The translations under genes were made by a program, and so were the position numbers. A stretch of DNA of 63,716 nt, counting the filler, from Lenisia limosa (taxonomy: Eukaryota; Protista; Breviatea): assembly GCA_001655205.1 (NCBI GenBank). It is 11 parts of 11 records of this genome, joined end to end, with 100 filler letters (N's around TTAATTAATTAA, not from the genome) between each part and the next. Parts side by side here need not be neighbours in the genome. Positions count along the whole stretch, not along the records: positions 6,980 to 16,966 come from LPNZ01006613.1; positions 17,067 to 29,148 come from LPNZ01009989.1; 9 more parts are not named here. One strand, given 5' to 3'. Under the pieces are notes generated by a model. The model did no database searches and was not told the DNA's origin. It worked only from the letters and a program-made list of their open reading frames with translations. Below, piece after piece: positions 11,515-22,757 of the stretch. The number at the start of each line of letters is the position of its first letter. Position 1 is the stretch's first letter.

Positions 11515-14500
11515 CCCTCCACCCGCATACGACATATTCGTCATTAGTTGAAGGGTTAGCAGAGGCAGCAGTTAGAACATGGCCAAGCGAGTTGGTCGCG
11601 AAAAGAGCGTTGGAGTCACTGATGGCCGAGTCAACCCCTGGAAATAAATGAAATCAAAAATAGTCAGTTTTGAATTGTTGAGTTAGTTCTCAATTCGAAA
11701 TAAAGAGGATAATATAACGAGTCCTACCAGACTGGACTGAGAAAGCCTTAGTGAACTTGGTGTTGTAAAACGCAAAGGAAATGTCAAAGTTCCCTGGAAT
11801 AGTCAATCAGTTACTTTATATAATACTGGAAACGGTTTTTACAATATCACTAATTCATATTTGATACTTCTGAAAAGTAGAAGTGGGCTGCAATAAATCA
11901 ATAGTCATCGCCTGATATTCAGCTTAAAAATATCGCGGTCAGTATAGATGAATAAAACAAGAAAAAGACAACACAACTATGATAACATAGTCTATACATA
12001 CATATATATGATGTACTATATCGATATGAATCATAATAATACATGATATGATATGACATGGAATATACATATTATATAGTATATTTGCTCTACTTTCCAC
12101 ATAAAAAAAAGAGGATTGTGTGCGAAAGTAGTTAGTTCGAAATTTTACAGCACCAAGTTGGAAAATTAAGAATTCAAAGAGCTATCAGTGCCGTCCCCAC
12201 CTTCAAGTGTGCCGTAGTAGTTTCCGGTTTCCCAAAACTCAATTCCCAGGGGGAGAGGGTTCTGGAAGTCCAACGAAACTAATCTAGGAGAGTGAAAGAT
12301 GAACCTATATAACGTTGTATCCATGTGAATACTATCATCACAAAGTATAGCTTCCCCAGAAGTATGGTCTTAAATTTGTATCATTTCCTTCCTCTTGATT
12401 CACAACACTGTTTTGAAAAATGAAGGTCCAAAATAAATCTCAACCATGAAAGTCAAGTTAAAGTTACATACCGAAAAATTTCTGTTGTATGTTATAAAAA
12501 CCAGGGTCATTACATGCATTATTATTAGAAACTCATGCAATATATTGAGAATAAATTTTAAATTGAAATGGGGCTATTTAAAAGTTCGTCAATTAATCTT
12601 CTCATATAATTACACTGGTATCCCAATTATAGGCAGTACCTTGTCCAGTAGTAGCCGTCTCTTTCACGACACGTTATATTGGCTGTCTTCTTCACGCCCT
12701 CCTATAGCCAATAATTCGGTACTCTTCTAACAATTTTAGATTTAATCCCAATATACAGTACAATATAGTGGGCATTTATTTCGAATATTTCTGCAAGTAC
12801 GCATATTATATGATTCTGTTTAACAGTGAGCGGGGAATTGCACACTTTCATAATTCGTCTTTTTACCAATCACACATTTTATAGCCCCTCAAACATCAAA
12901 GTAGCAGAAAGAGTTGGTTCCTGTAACCGTCGTAAGGGGAAACTGCTCGTAGAGTCCTTGACATGTGGCAGATTCTGAAGGAATAATGAAAAAAACTGCA
13001 AATTGGTTCTCAAAAAAGACTGGATTTCACGATAAATTGTCGATAAATATCGATATTTAGACGGTTTCGTAGTCACAGTAATAGCAAATGTTGCGGAGGC
13101 ATGCAGAAAACTGTATAGACAGAGCTTGAAGGCAAATGATTAGGTGAATTAATATTATACTGTAATCCAATATCTCTTATAAGCGTGATGGTGTGTGGAT
13201 GGCTTCGCCAGATACAACCATGTTTTTAAATATCATCATGTGCGGACACGATTAACCAAAGCAATATCCATTTCCGCAGTCAGGCATAACACACACGAAA
13301 AACACCATTTTGATATAGTACAACCGAGAGTAAATGTGTGACAACAAAGGCAAAACGAGTCCATAACGTTTCACATAATATCAACTCCATATTTCAATAA
13401 TATGCTCGCAGACGAATAAGAAGGACTTCCTGTTGCCCACTTACCAAGGGAGGGTAAACAGCTTAAGCCAAGAATAGTTGAAAGATCGACACCTTCTAGG
13501 ATAATCTAGGAGGGAGGGGGGAGTAAAATTGGGAAATTTATGAAACAAAAAAAAGCCTAAATCAACTAGCAACACAAGAGGGTTGAAAACAACAAAACAA
13601 ACATAGCCCAGGCCGGTCGCTTCTGCAGCAGGAGAGGTGGGGGGTGAGAAGAAACTTTGGACGATTGATCTTGGCTTATTATAGGTTTGCATGATACAAA
13701 CAGTGAATTGACCCAACAGTTTACATTTTAAATGAAACTCTTTAAAGTAGGTCTCCAAACCAGATTCATTACGTAATCTTAACAGACCCGAATCCATAAT
13801 TTTTGGTCAAATGTAGCCAAAATCTGTACCCCAAATCGACGGGGAAAGCCTCACCCCCCAAGGTTTCATTCTGGTTTAGCGGCCTGCTTTAATACGGTCC
13901 TTGACTCCCAGTCAGCTCAGGAATGTGACAACTCATCCACACCCGAGTCTTCAGTCCAGTTAACTCTGATTGCACACCCCTTCTCTTTGAATTGAATTAC
14001 CCCCCCCCCCACTTTCTTTCTTTCTTTATTTATTACAATTATTATTATTATTTTCCGCCATTTTTACCCACCTTGTCTGCATTAATTTCAGTTGCTTGAA
14101 GGCTGGCCACCTGGGCCTTTTCCGCAGTCAAATCAGTCACACTGTGCAAGTAAAATTGGAAAAATATGAAAAAAAGAAAAAAAAGCCCAAAAATCAATTC
14201 TGTTGGCTGGCAACACACTGGTTAAGAAATATGTATCCGAAAACATAGCTAAAGACTTGACTTGGAAAACACAGCACCCCACTCCCCCATTTTTTTCATA
14301 ATATATCTAGTATATATATATTTTTTTGTTTTTGTACTTCATTTTGATGATTATTTTGTCGAATAGCTTCAACCCCCCCCCAACTGAATGGTATTGTTCG
14401 AATTCAGCGACAGGCTAAATGATTAGTCGGAGAACACAAAGTAAAACAAACAAAAAATAGTAATAAAAACAAGCAAAGAAACAAAAACAATAGGTATTTG

Positions 14501-14805
14501 GATAATTTTTGATGGGTCATCCATCCCAAGTGTCTATCCTACATTACGGCTCGACTTTGGATATGCTATAGTTCTGAATCATATCGGTCAGCACTTACTA
14601 CACCACTGTACAATTGTGTCTCATCTCTTCCTCTTATAAACACCAATCAAAGCGGAAGAGTGAAGAGGACCATTAGAATGTTGAGAGTACATGGAGGGCA
14701 AGGGTACAAGAAATAAATAAGCGATTTGATGATGTCATAAAGGAAGTAATAAGTACTATTACCTACAATGCAGAAGCAGAGGCCAACAGGACGAAGAGAA
14801 ATAGG
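11515..14805 (-). CDS. Possible multi-exon secreted/surface protein (fragmentary)
   Basis: In-phase spliced exons NFDISFAFYNTKFTKAFSVQS|GVDSAISDSNALFATNSLGHVLTAASANPSTNDEYVVC (about 11515-11800); a signal-peptide-like MIPLFLFVLLASASA near 14760-14805; intervening exons not resolved and linkage unproven. Confidence 0.3.
13000..13075. mobile_element. MITE family A, internal fragment
   Basis: GGTTCTCAAAAAAGACTGGATTTCACGATAAA..TCGATAAATATCGATATTT core without termini. Confidence 0.6.
13138..13219 (+). repeat. Dispersed repeat family C
   Basis: GGTGAATTAATATTATACTGTAATCCAATATCTCTTATAAGCGTGATGGTGTGTGGATGGCTTCGCCAGATACAACC. Confidence 0.8.
13511..13630 (+). repeat. Dispersed repeat family B, full copy
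   Basis: G-run, GTAAAATTGGGAAATTTATGAAAC..AAGCCTAAATCAACT..CAACACAAGAGGGTTGAAAACAACAAAAC..AGCCCAGGCCGGTCGCTTCTGCAGCA. Confidence 0.85.
14150..14218 (+). repeat. Dispersed repeat family B, left half
   Basis: GTAAAATTGGAAAAATATGAAAA..AAGCCCAAAAATCAATTCTGTTGGCTGGCAACAC. Confidence 0.75.
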
Positions 14806-15728
14806 GGGATCATTGGTTTCAAGTTCCTGAAAAAGCCTTAATGACAAAGAGCTGACAATTATTCACTCTTTCTCTCTTCTTCTATGACTTTATGACTCTG
14901 CTGACTTGTTTTCGTGGTTTTCTTTTGAAAGACAATCGAAAGATTTGCTCTGGATACGATCTACTGATCTATTTTAACTCAACTTGGTTGGGGGGGGGGT
15001 TAAAGAATGAAGGTTGTGCAGCGAAGAGATAAAGAGAAAAAAAAAGAAAAAAAGAGGAGGAAGAGAAAAGATTGGCGAGAAGTGGCATCCAATTTCAGAT
15101 CCGATCGATGTGTATCATCTTCCTTACTGCCATATTGCTGGCGGTCTTTCAGGTAGCAGCTGCTTCTCCTGCCGAGTAAGAAGGGTGATGAGGGGGGTAT
15201 TTCTATGTAACAAACACACATATGACATAAGATATATGATGATATGGACATTCTTTGCACGGGTCGGAGTTCTTTTTTTTAGAAGCGGGGAGGCGGATAG
15301 CTCAAAGGAAAGGTCTATCATTGTATTTTGACATATTGAATAAACTCACTATTCAAACCGATTCACCTTATCCGCTAGCGGCCATATATGTCATTCTTAT
15401 CACTTTTTGGAACATTTCCACACATGATATCCTGAATTGTCTTAGTGTCAACTACACCGCCAGTCTACACGATTACAATATAAAAGAATAACAACGTACC
15501 AACGAGTATATTTCTTTAATATCAGCAATAAAATTATTTTCCGCTTCAACAGACACCTTCTTTCTTCCAATTGGTCTCCCAATCAAAGGGAAAATGCCTT
15601 TTACGAAATCAAATCGGCTTGGGGATTTCAGGTTATGCTTCCAAATATCATATGCAGTATACTCTATATCAAGGGAGGGTAAGTAGTCCTAATATTTGCT
15701 TCTCATGATATTTTACAATATATAAGTC

Positions 15729-15797
15729 ATGACGCGGGTATTAAGCTTGATTGATGACACGGGTATTGAGCTTGATGACACGGGTATTGAGCTTGAT
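15729..15797. repeat. 21-bp minisatellite, 3 units
   Basis: ATGAC(A/G)CGGGTATT(G/A)AGCTTG at 15729, 15754 and 15775. Confidence 0.85.
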
Positions 15798-17130
15798 TCT
15801 TAGTATGGTGTGGACATCTATGTCCAGATACCAAGGTTGTGATTGTTTTATGGGTCTTTTTTGGACCGTAGGGAATCCCAAGTTGTGAATTTTTCAGGTT
15901 CCCAAGTAATGGGAAACTTCAAGCGTTTTGATTGTTTTAGATTCTCAAGTGATGGAGCTGTTCAGTTCATTTTGGGTGAGCCGCTTCTTCCGCAACATGC
16001 TGTTTCGAAGGTATTCACAGCTTTCTACGTGTCTCCCCAGCATATCATATAAACATAATAAAAATAAGACTAACTCTCTTGGTTTGAGGCAAGGGTGGAA
16101 AAACAAAATATGAACATTTGTTAGCATCAACGCACACAATACTGAGTGCAAGAATCGCAAAAGAGGGCAAATTTGAAGCAATGAGCACACGCCCACTGTG
16201 TTTTCTGACCTCCTTGACTTTGGGCTTTCCATCCCTAAATTTTACAATTTTACTCCCTACATATTCTTGCATGTCGATTTTTTTAAAATTGTTGAGAATT
16301 AGAGAAATAATCTGGGGACAAAGTATAAACTGATTCGTATCCCGATAAGATATATTAAAATATTGACTATACGGCTTCATCAATAACTTTCATGCATTAA
16401 CCTTTTAATGAGGCGAGTACTCCTTTTACATCCAGTATATCATACATAATTAATGTATCAAATAATATCAAATTTTAGGGAAATTTCTTTTTGAAAATGG
16501 TGCATATATTATATATTGATATCTCTATATGAGGTAGTACATGTATAATATGATATGAAGCTGAATTGTTACTCTTTATCCTTTACATTATTCAATTACT
16601 ACCAAACTCTCTTAAATAGTTTCAAATCATATCCTGATCTCCAAGGAACAATATGACAGACTCCTGGCTACTGTGATGTGTCTTGCTGACGCTCCGATTG
16701 TTGCTGAAGGTAAGAGGCTAATATCAATTTGTTCAAATGGGATAATCTGTGTATTATTTTCTGCTGTATTTGTAGTTCTAGATTCCCCCAACCAGTTTTT
16801 AGTTGCTAATTTGGGGTGTCTTTAACTTCCTATCTTTTCATAATTGGACTTTTAATTAATATTTCATCATCCACAAACATCATTGAAATTTCATAGAGTA
16901 AATTGACCGCGATACGATCTGCCACGATTCAAAATCTAGATCAGGACTTATCTCTTATAAGCGTGANNNNNNNNNNNNNNNNNNNNNNNNNNNNNNNNNN
17001 NNNNNNNNNNTTAATTAATTAANNNNNNNNNNNNNNNNNNNNNNNNNNNNNNNNNNNNNNNNNNNNTCGTTTAACATATAATGGTTTGGATTTTTTCCAT
17101 TACACTGCCATAAGAGTGTGACCTCGTCAG

Positions 17131-20114
17131 ATTGAGTCTCTGACAAGAGCCGCCGACTTTGCTGACAAGGTTGACGAGACAGCAGTGTGGTCAAGCCTTG
17201 CCAAGGCCCAGCTCCAGACCGGCGAGGTTGCCCTTGCCGTTGCCTCTTACCTCAAGGCTGACGACCACGCCAACTACACTGAGGTGGGACAGTGGTCCTT
17301 TTTGAGGTTATTGTTATTATTACCCCCTCTCTTTTATTTTTATTTTATTTCAAACAGGAGAACATTTTTTCTCACCCCCTTGTAGGTTATCGAGAGAGCC
17401 TCCGCTGTCGGTGCCTGGACCGAGCTTGTCTCTTTCCTTGAAATGGCCCGCAAGAAGACTCGCGAGCCTATCATTGACGGCGAGCTTGTTGTAGCCCTTG
17501 CCACCATCGACCGTCTCGACGACCTTGAGGAGCTCATTTCTCTACCCAATGTCGCACAGGTATGCATCGTGTAATACTACACTCCATGTTATGCTGATTT
17601 TAGAAGAGTTATCTTTTTTACCTCCACTCCCCAGTTGGATGCTGTTGGAGAACGCCTGTTCAGCGCCGAGCTCTTCCGTGCTGCCCGCCTCGTCTTCGCC
17701 ACCATCAACGCCAACTCCAGACTCGCAAGGTTCGTCAGTAGTTTTGCATTCCTGTTAAAATGATTCCAAACTTTGTAGTACTCTCATTGTCTTGCTAACT
17801 TTGCAGTACTCTCATTCGTTTGAACGAGTTCTCCGCTGCTGTTGACGCTGCCCGCAAGGCCAACCTTGTCAGGTTAGTTGAGGCGATTGATACCCCCCCC
17901 CCCCTTTATTTTTTTATTTTATTAACCCGCACATTAGAACCTGGAAGGAGGTCAACCATGCCTGCATTGACGCCCAGGAGTTCCGCCTGGCCCAGATCTG
18001 CGGTCTCCATATTGTTGTTGAGCCTGAAGAGGTTGGTGTTCGTCATCATACTTGCTTCCCCATGGTCCTATATTTACTCCTCCCAGCTTGAAGGCCTCAT
18101 GTCCTTCTACGAAGAGCGCAACCATATCAACGACCTCATGACACTTCTCGAAGCCGGTCTTGGACTGGAGCGTGCCCATAAGGTAAGGATGTTTTATAGA
18201 TTGCTTCACTTTTTTTTCTTTCTTTTTTTTCTACCAATAATACCCTTCCAAATTTCCTTTATCCCCCCCCTCCCCCCCCTCCAGGCACTCNNNNNNNNNN
18301 NNNNNNNNNNNNNNNNNNNNNNNNNNNNNNNNNNNNNNNNNNNNNNNNNNNNNNNNNNNNNNNNNNNNNNNNNNAGCTCTTCTGGAGCAGGATGAACATC
18401 CCTAAGGTGGGGGGGGGGGTGTAGCTCCAAATAAACTTTGCTGTCTGTCTATAGTACAACGAGATCCCACATTCCAGGTTATCCGAGCCTGCGAGGCAGG
18501 GCACCTGTGGCGTGAGGCCGTGCACCTGCATGTTAAGGACGAGGAGCCTGAAGAGGCCTGCAGAACTATGATCGAGCACGCCGGCTCAGCCTGGGACGCT
18601 TCCACCTTCAAGGATATCGTTACGAAGGTTGGTGAATTTTCTACTGGTGTTTTTTTGGATTGTTCTCTGTTCTAGCTACTTGCATTTCGGGTTTTCAAAT
18701 TGTATAAGCTCTATTCCATAAGTTATGACTTCAGATCTCCAACCCAGTCCTTCTTGACGAGGCTGTTGTTTTCTTCCTGTCCAACTACCCCACTGACCTC
18801 TGCGACCTTCTCACCACAATCAACGCCAAGGCCGACCAAACCCGTGTAGTCAACCTTCTCAGATCTAAGGTGAGGCAATGGTCAAAGCCGCGTTGCATGC
18901 CATACCTGTTCTCATCCAGCAGGACGGCCTTCCCCTTGCCAAGCGCTACCTCGAAACCATCCAGAACGCGAACGTCCAAGCCGTCAACGACGCCCTCAAT
19001 ACGCTCTATATCGAAGAAGAGGTGGGTAGCACTATTGTTTATCATGGTTATGCGCCGCGATGTTTGCCCACTGGTGCTGAACTCCCTCCTTCCAGGACTA
19101 CTCCTCCCTCCGCACATCCATTGAGACGTACGATAGCTTCGACGCGCTCTCTCTTGCAAAGCAACTCGAGTCCCACGCTCAGCTCCAGTTCAGACGCATT
19201 GCTGCCTTCCTCTATGCCCAGAACAACGTTGGGGGGGGGGGGGNNNNNNNNNNNNNNNNNNNNNNNNNNNNNNNNNNNNNNNNNNNNNNNNNNNNNNNNN
19301 NNNNNNNNNNNNNNNNNNNNNNNNNNNNNNNNNNNNNNNNNNNNNNNNNNNNNNNNNNNNNNNNNNNNNNNNNNNNNNNNNNNNNNNNNNAGTTCTCTAA
19401 CTCATCAGCGCTGGAAGCAGTCTGTGGCGCTCTCCAAGGCTGACGGCCACTACCAAGACGCCATGGAAACCGTCGCTAAGTCTCAGGACAAGGGTATATG
19501 GGGTTTCGAAGCTACGGCAAATGATGCCTGCAGGCCTGATACTGGTGTTAACTTTGAAGCATTAGACATTAACATTATACGTGTTTCCACTCATTCTCTT
19601 ACTTCTCAGTTCTGGTTGAGGAGCTCCTGAGGTTCTTCCTGGAGGAAGCCAAGGACAAGGCCTGCTTCGCCGCCTGCCTGCTGACCTGTTACCCCCTCAT
19701 TGCCGCCGATAAGGCCCTCGAGCTTGCCTGGAGCCACGGCTGCATGGATGTCGCCATGCCTTTCATGATCCAGAGCCTCAGGGACCTCAACACTAAGGTC
19801 GGCAGCTTATCCTATCTCCACTACATCTTTTGCGATTTTTACCTCTTTAGGTTGATCGTTTGGAAGCTTCCCAAGCCGAGGCTGCCAAGGTTCATGAAGA
19901 GGAGGTCCAGCAACAGCAGCAGCAACAACAGGAAATCCAATATGCCTCCACCGGTCCCGCTACCCCCTATGACCAGCAACAACAACAGATGTTGATGATG
20001 CAACAGCAGCAGCAGCAGCAGATGATGATGCAGCAACAGCAACAGCAGCAAATGATACAACAGCAGTCCCAACAACAACAGCCCTCTCAGGAGCAATGGT
20101 GGGGTCAACAGTAA
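17131..20114 (+). CDS. CHC: Clathrin heavy chain, C-terminal part (5'-truncated by the scaffold start), multi-exon
   Basis: Spliced translation has diagnostic segments [48 protein letters not shown]...[116 protein letters not shown]; ends in TAA at 20112-20114. Confidence 0.97.
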
Positions 20115-20271
20115 AACCGTTTAGACCAATTCCCCTTCTTCTCTGTTTCTATTTAATACAGCAAGTTTTATCTCCCATCGTTTTCACTTTCATACAATCG
20201 GGTAAAATGAATGCAATACAATGGACACCACGCGTGTCAACGTGAAACAGAGAAAAAAATAATAAAAATAA

Positions 20272-22030
20272 TTAGTAGCTGTCACACTTCACAATGTAGC
20301 TAAACAAGTTAAACCGAAAGTCAGAAAACCCCCAAAATAATAATATTGCTTTTCCATTTCTAACCGCGCTCCACTCACCCTCTATCTCGAATAACTTGGC
20401 GAGATGTATCAACAACAGTGTAGCGAACAGCCCAATCTGGCCGCCAATGAATTGATCCTGTTCGAGGGGAGCCTAGGGGGAATAAATAAATAATAAACAG
20501 CACAGATTGCATGAAAAAAACAAGGTATTATTCACCAAAGATCCGTTTTCCAATCCATCCACACCTGGTTGAATGATGGAGGTTGGAGAACGTGGAGTAA
20601 ACTTGGCAAATAACCGATCAACCATATCAGCAGGGGCAATAGCTGGAGTTGGTGAGATTATACAAGTGGAGAAAGATGAGTTAACCCCAGAAACCTTTGA
20701 TACAGGTGTCGTCCGAAACGCGAAGTTCAGTGGAATTGGCGTAACAATTCTTCAAGAGGGGTACATAGAACTCCTGGGGAGGGCATTTGATGTCCCCATG
20801 AAGCTCATCAGGGACCTGTTGGTGTATTAGCATGAACGGAGAATCATAAGAGACTAAAATTGACACTGAAAGGATAGGAAAACACAGGTTTTGCTCACCG
20901 GTCCCATTTCTACGAGTTTGGAATATGCTGATGCACCAATTCCGGAAACCGCAAGGACAGATACAAGACCTCTTTGCTTCATGCATTGGACTGCCTATTA
21001 CATGAGTAATAATAATTCGTAACTGTGTCGTGAAACCCCAATATTGTATTAAATCTCTAAAATGCAATATCCCGTTGCCCACTTCCCAGATGGAATTCAG
21101 GTTTGCTGGTACTGCGTCCTTCTCTGGACACGGTCCGCTACCTTCACACGGCCACACCTACAGGTTGTCAGACGCGAAATGGTTGGGGTATCCCAGCCGG
21201 GGTACGACAAACATAATGCTACCCCCCCCCCTACCACAACCAAGACGTCAATACTCTCGCGCTTCAGCTGAGTCTTGACTGCTTCAACTGCGTTACACAC
21301 TTCCTCACCCACGGTCTGTTCACTGACAAAGAGCTTTGCTAGGTATTGTGAGAAAAGAACCCAAAAAAAAAAGTTACACACAAGTGGATACGATACACAA
21401 AAATGAAACGAGTAATAAAGTTAATCATGTTAGGATTCTAAACGAGCGGACCAAACAATTAGACCATATACCAGTTGCAGTGAATTTCGACCCAGACTTT
21501 GCCAGCTCCTGGGCAATGCTCATTGAGGCCATGGAGGGGACCATTGGGATGCAAGGTGGTGAGTCTGCTCGCTGGCTTGGCGGCATGTCAGGGCTGGTGG
21601 GAGGGGAGGAAGAGACTCCATCTTAAAGAGTGAAAAAAGATATATCTTGAAAGGGTCATCAGTCTAGTCCCTTTTCCAAGACAACCAGACTCCTTGATCA
21701 ATTTATTAAAGTAACACAACATATCGTTGTTAAATACACAATCCCACTGACCACCCAGCTTCAGAAGAGCACGAGACAATCCTGCCTGTACCTGACACTG
21801 TGAAACAAAAAAAAAACACCATCAACAGGTTGTCAAAAATAATTGCCGTATCAATGATCTGCTGAACATAAGTTGCTTATTTGCGGCAACAATATCATCA
21901 ATGTCTTTACACTGTCAACTATTTTGTGCGTATTCCTAGGCAGAAATAAAGAGTACCAAAATCCAACCTCATCCCGCGGTCTGTTGCAAGGGTACATCAA
22001 TTTGCCAGTGTGGAGAAGATGAGAGGACAT
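20272..22030 (-). CDS. GCLM: Glutamate-cysteine ligase modifier subunit (catalytically dead aldo-keto-reductase fold)
   Basis: In-phase exons give MSSHLLHTGKL.., SKFTATAKLFV (cf. VSAKLFI), AVEAVKTQLKRESIDVLVVVWP, SIWEAVQCMKQRGLVSVLAVSGI, TELRVSDDT, and a C-terminus WRPDWAVRYTVVDTSRQVIRDRGYIVKCDSY* (cf. WVPLWLLRYSVIVKSRGIIKSKGYI in animal GCLM). Confidence 0.85.
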
Positions 22031-22757
22031 GATTGGCGCTTAGGAAGAAACTAGAAAGTGAAAATGTAACCCAAAATAAGTTGTCTATTCCAAAATTAAG
22101 CTCTATTCAACCAAATCGTACAGCATTTACCTAATACCTGCTTTATTTGTCAAAACAAGAGCTAGAAATAACTCGGTCAAAGGAATGCTAATGGAAAGAA
22201 AACAAAAAGTGCTGTAAATGCAATGGAATGCGCTAATTAGCTTAAAGCGCCATATGAAAGGGATATGCGTTGAAAATTTTAAAAGTCGACAGAATGATGA
22301 TGATATCAATGCTGACCCTTTAGCACAATATTGTTTAAGTATTTACAAATATAATTATGTTATTACCATAAAAATACCTTTTTGCTTGTCAAAGTAGAGG
22401 TTTCAGTATATTTTTTTCCCAACCAAAAGATACTACGAAATTACACACACTCTTTAAATCCATGCAAAATACAGAATAATCACGCATACATGTCAGCATA
22501 CTTAAAACTGCAAGGCAGGCATACATGTAACATTGTAGTAACATAGCTCTAAAGTAATAGTACATTCTACCATCTGACCTCAATATATTGTTCTACAATA
22601 TATTGTTATTTCTTATTTGTTGTATTGTGTATATATATTAATAAAAAAACAGTTCAGAAGCCTAAAAGAATCTCCTTTTTGTCGAAATAGTTCCATCCCC
22701 TCAAGTATGCAATACATCGTTATTGAATGATACGTTGACTATCTGGTGATACAGTCA

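Noticed and set aside
20695-20720. A 25-nt intron in GCLM (GTTTCG...AAAG)
   Set aside because: A conventional 52-nt intron at 20643-20694 gives the same downstream frame and keeps VSDDT, which aligns with THNDP of GCLM.
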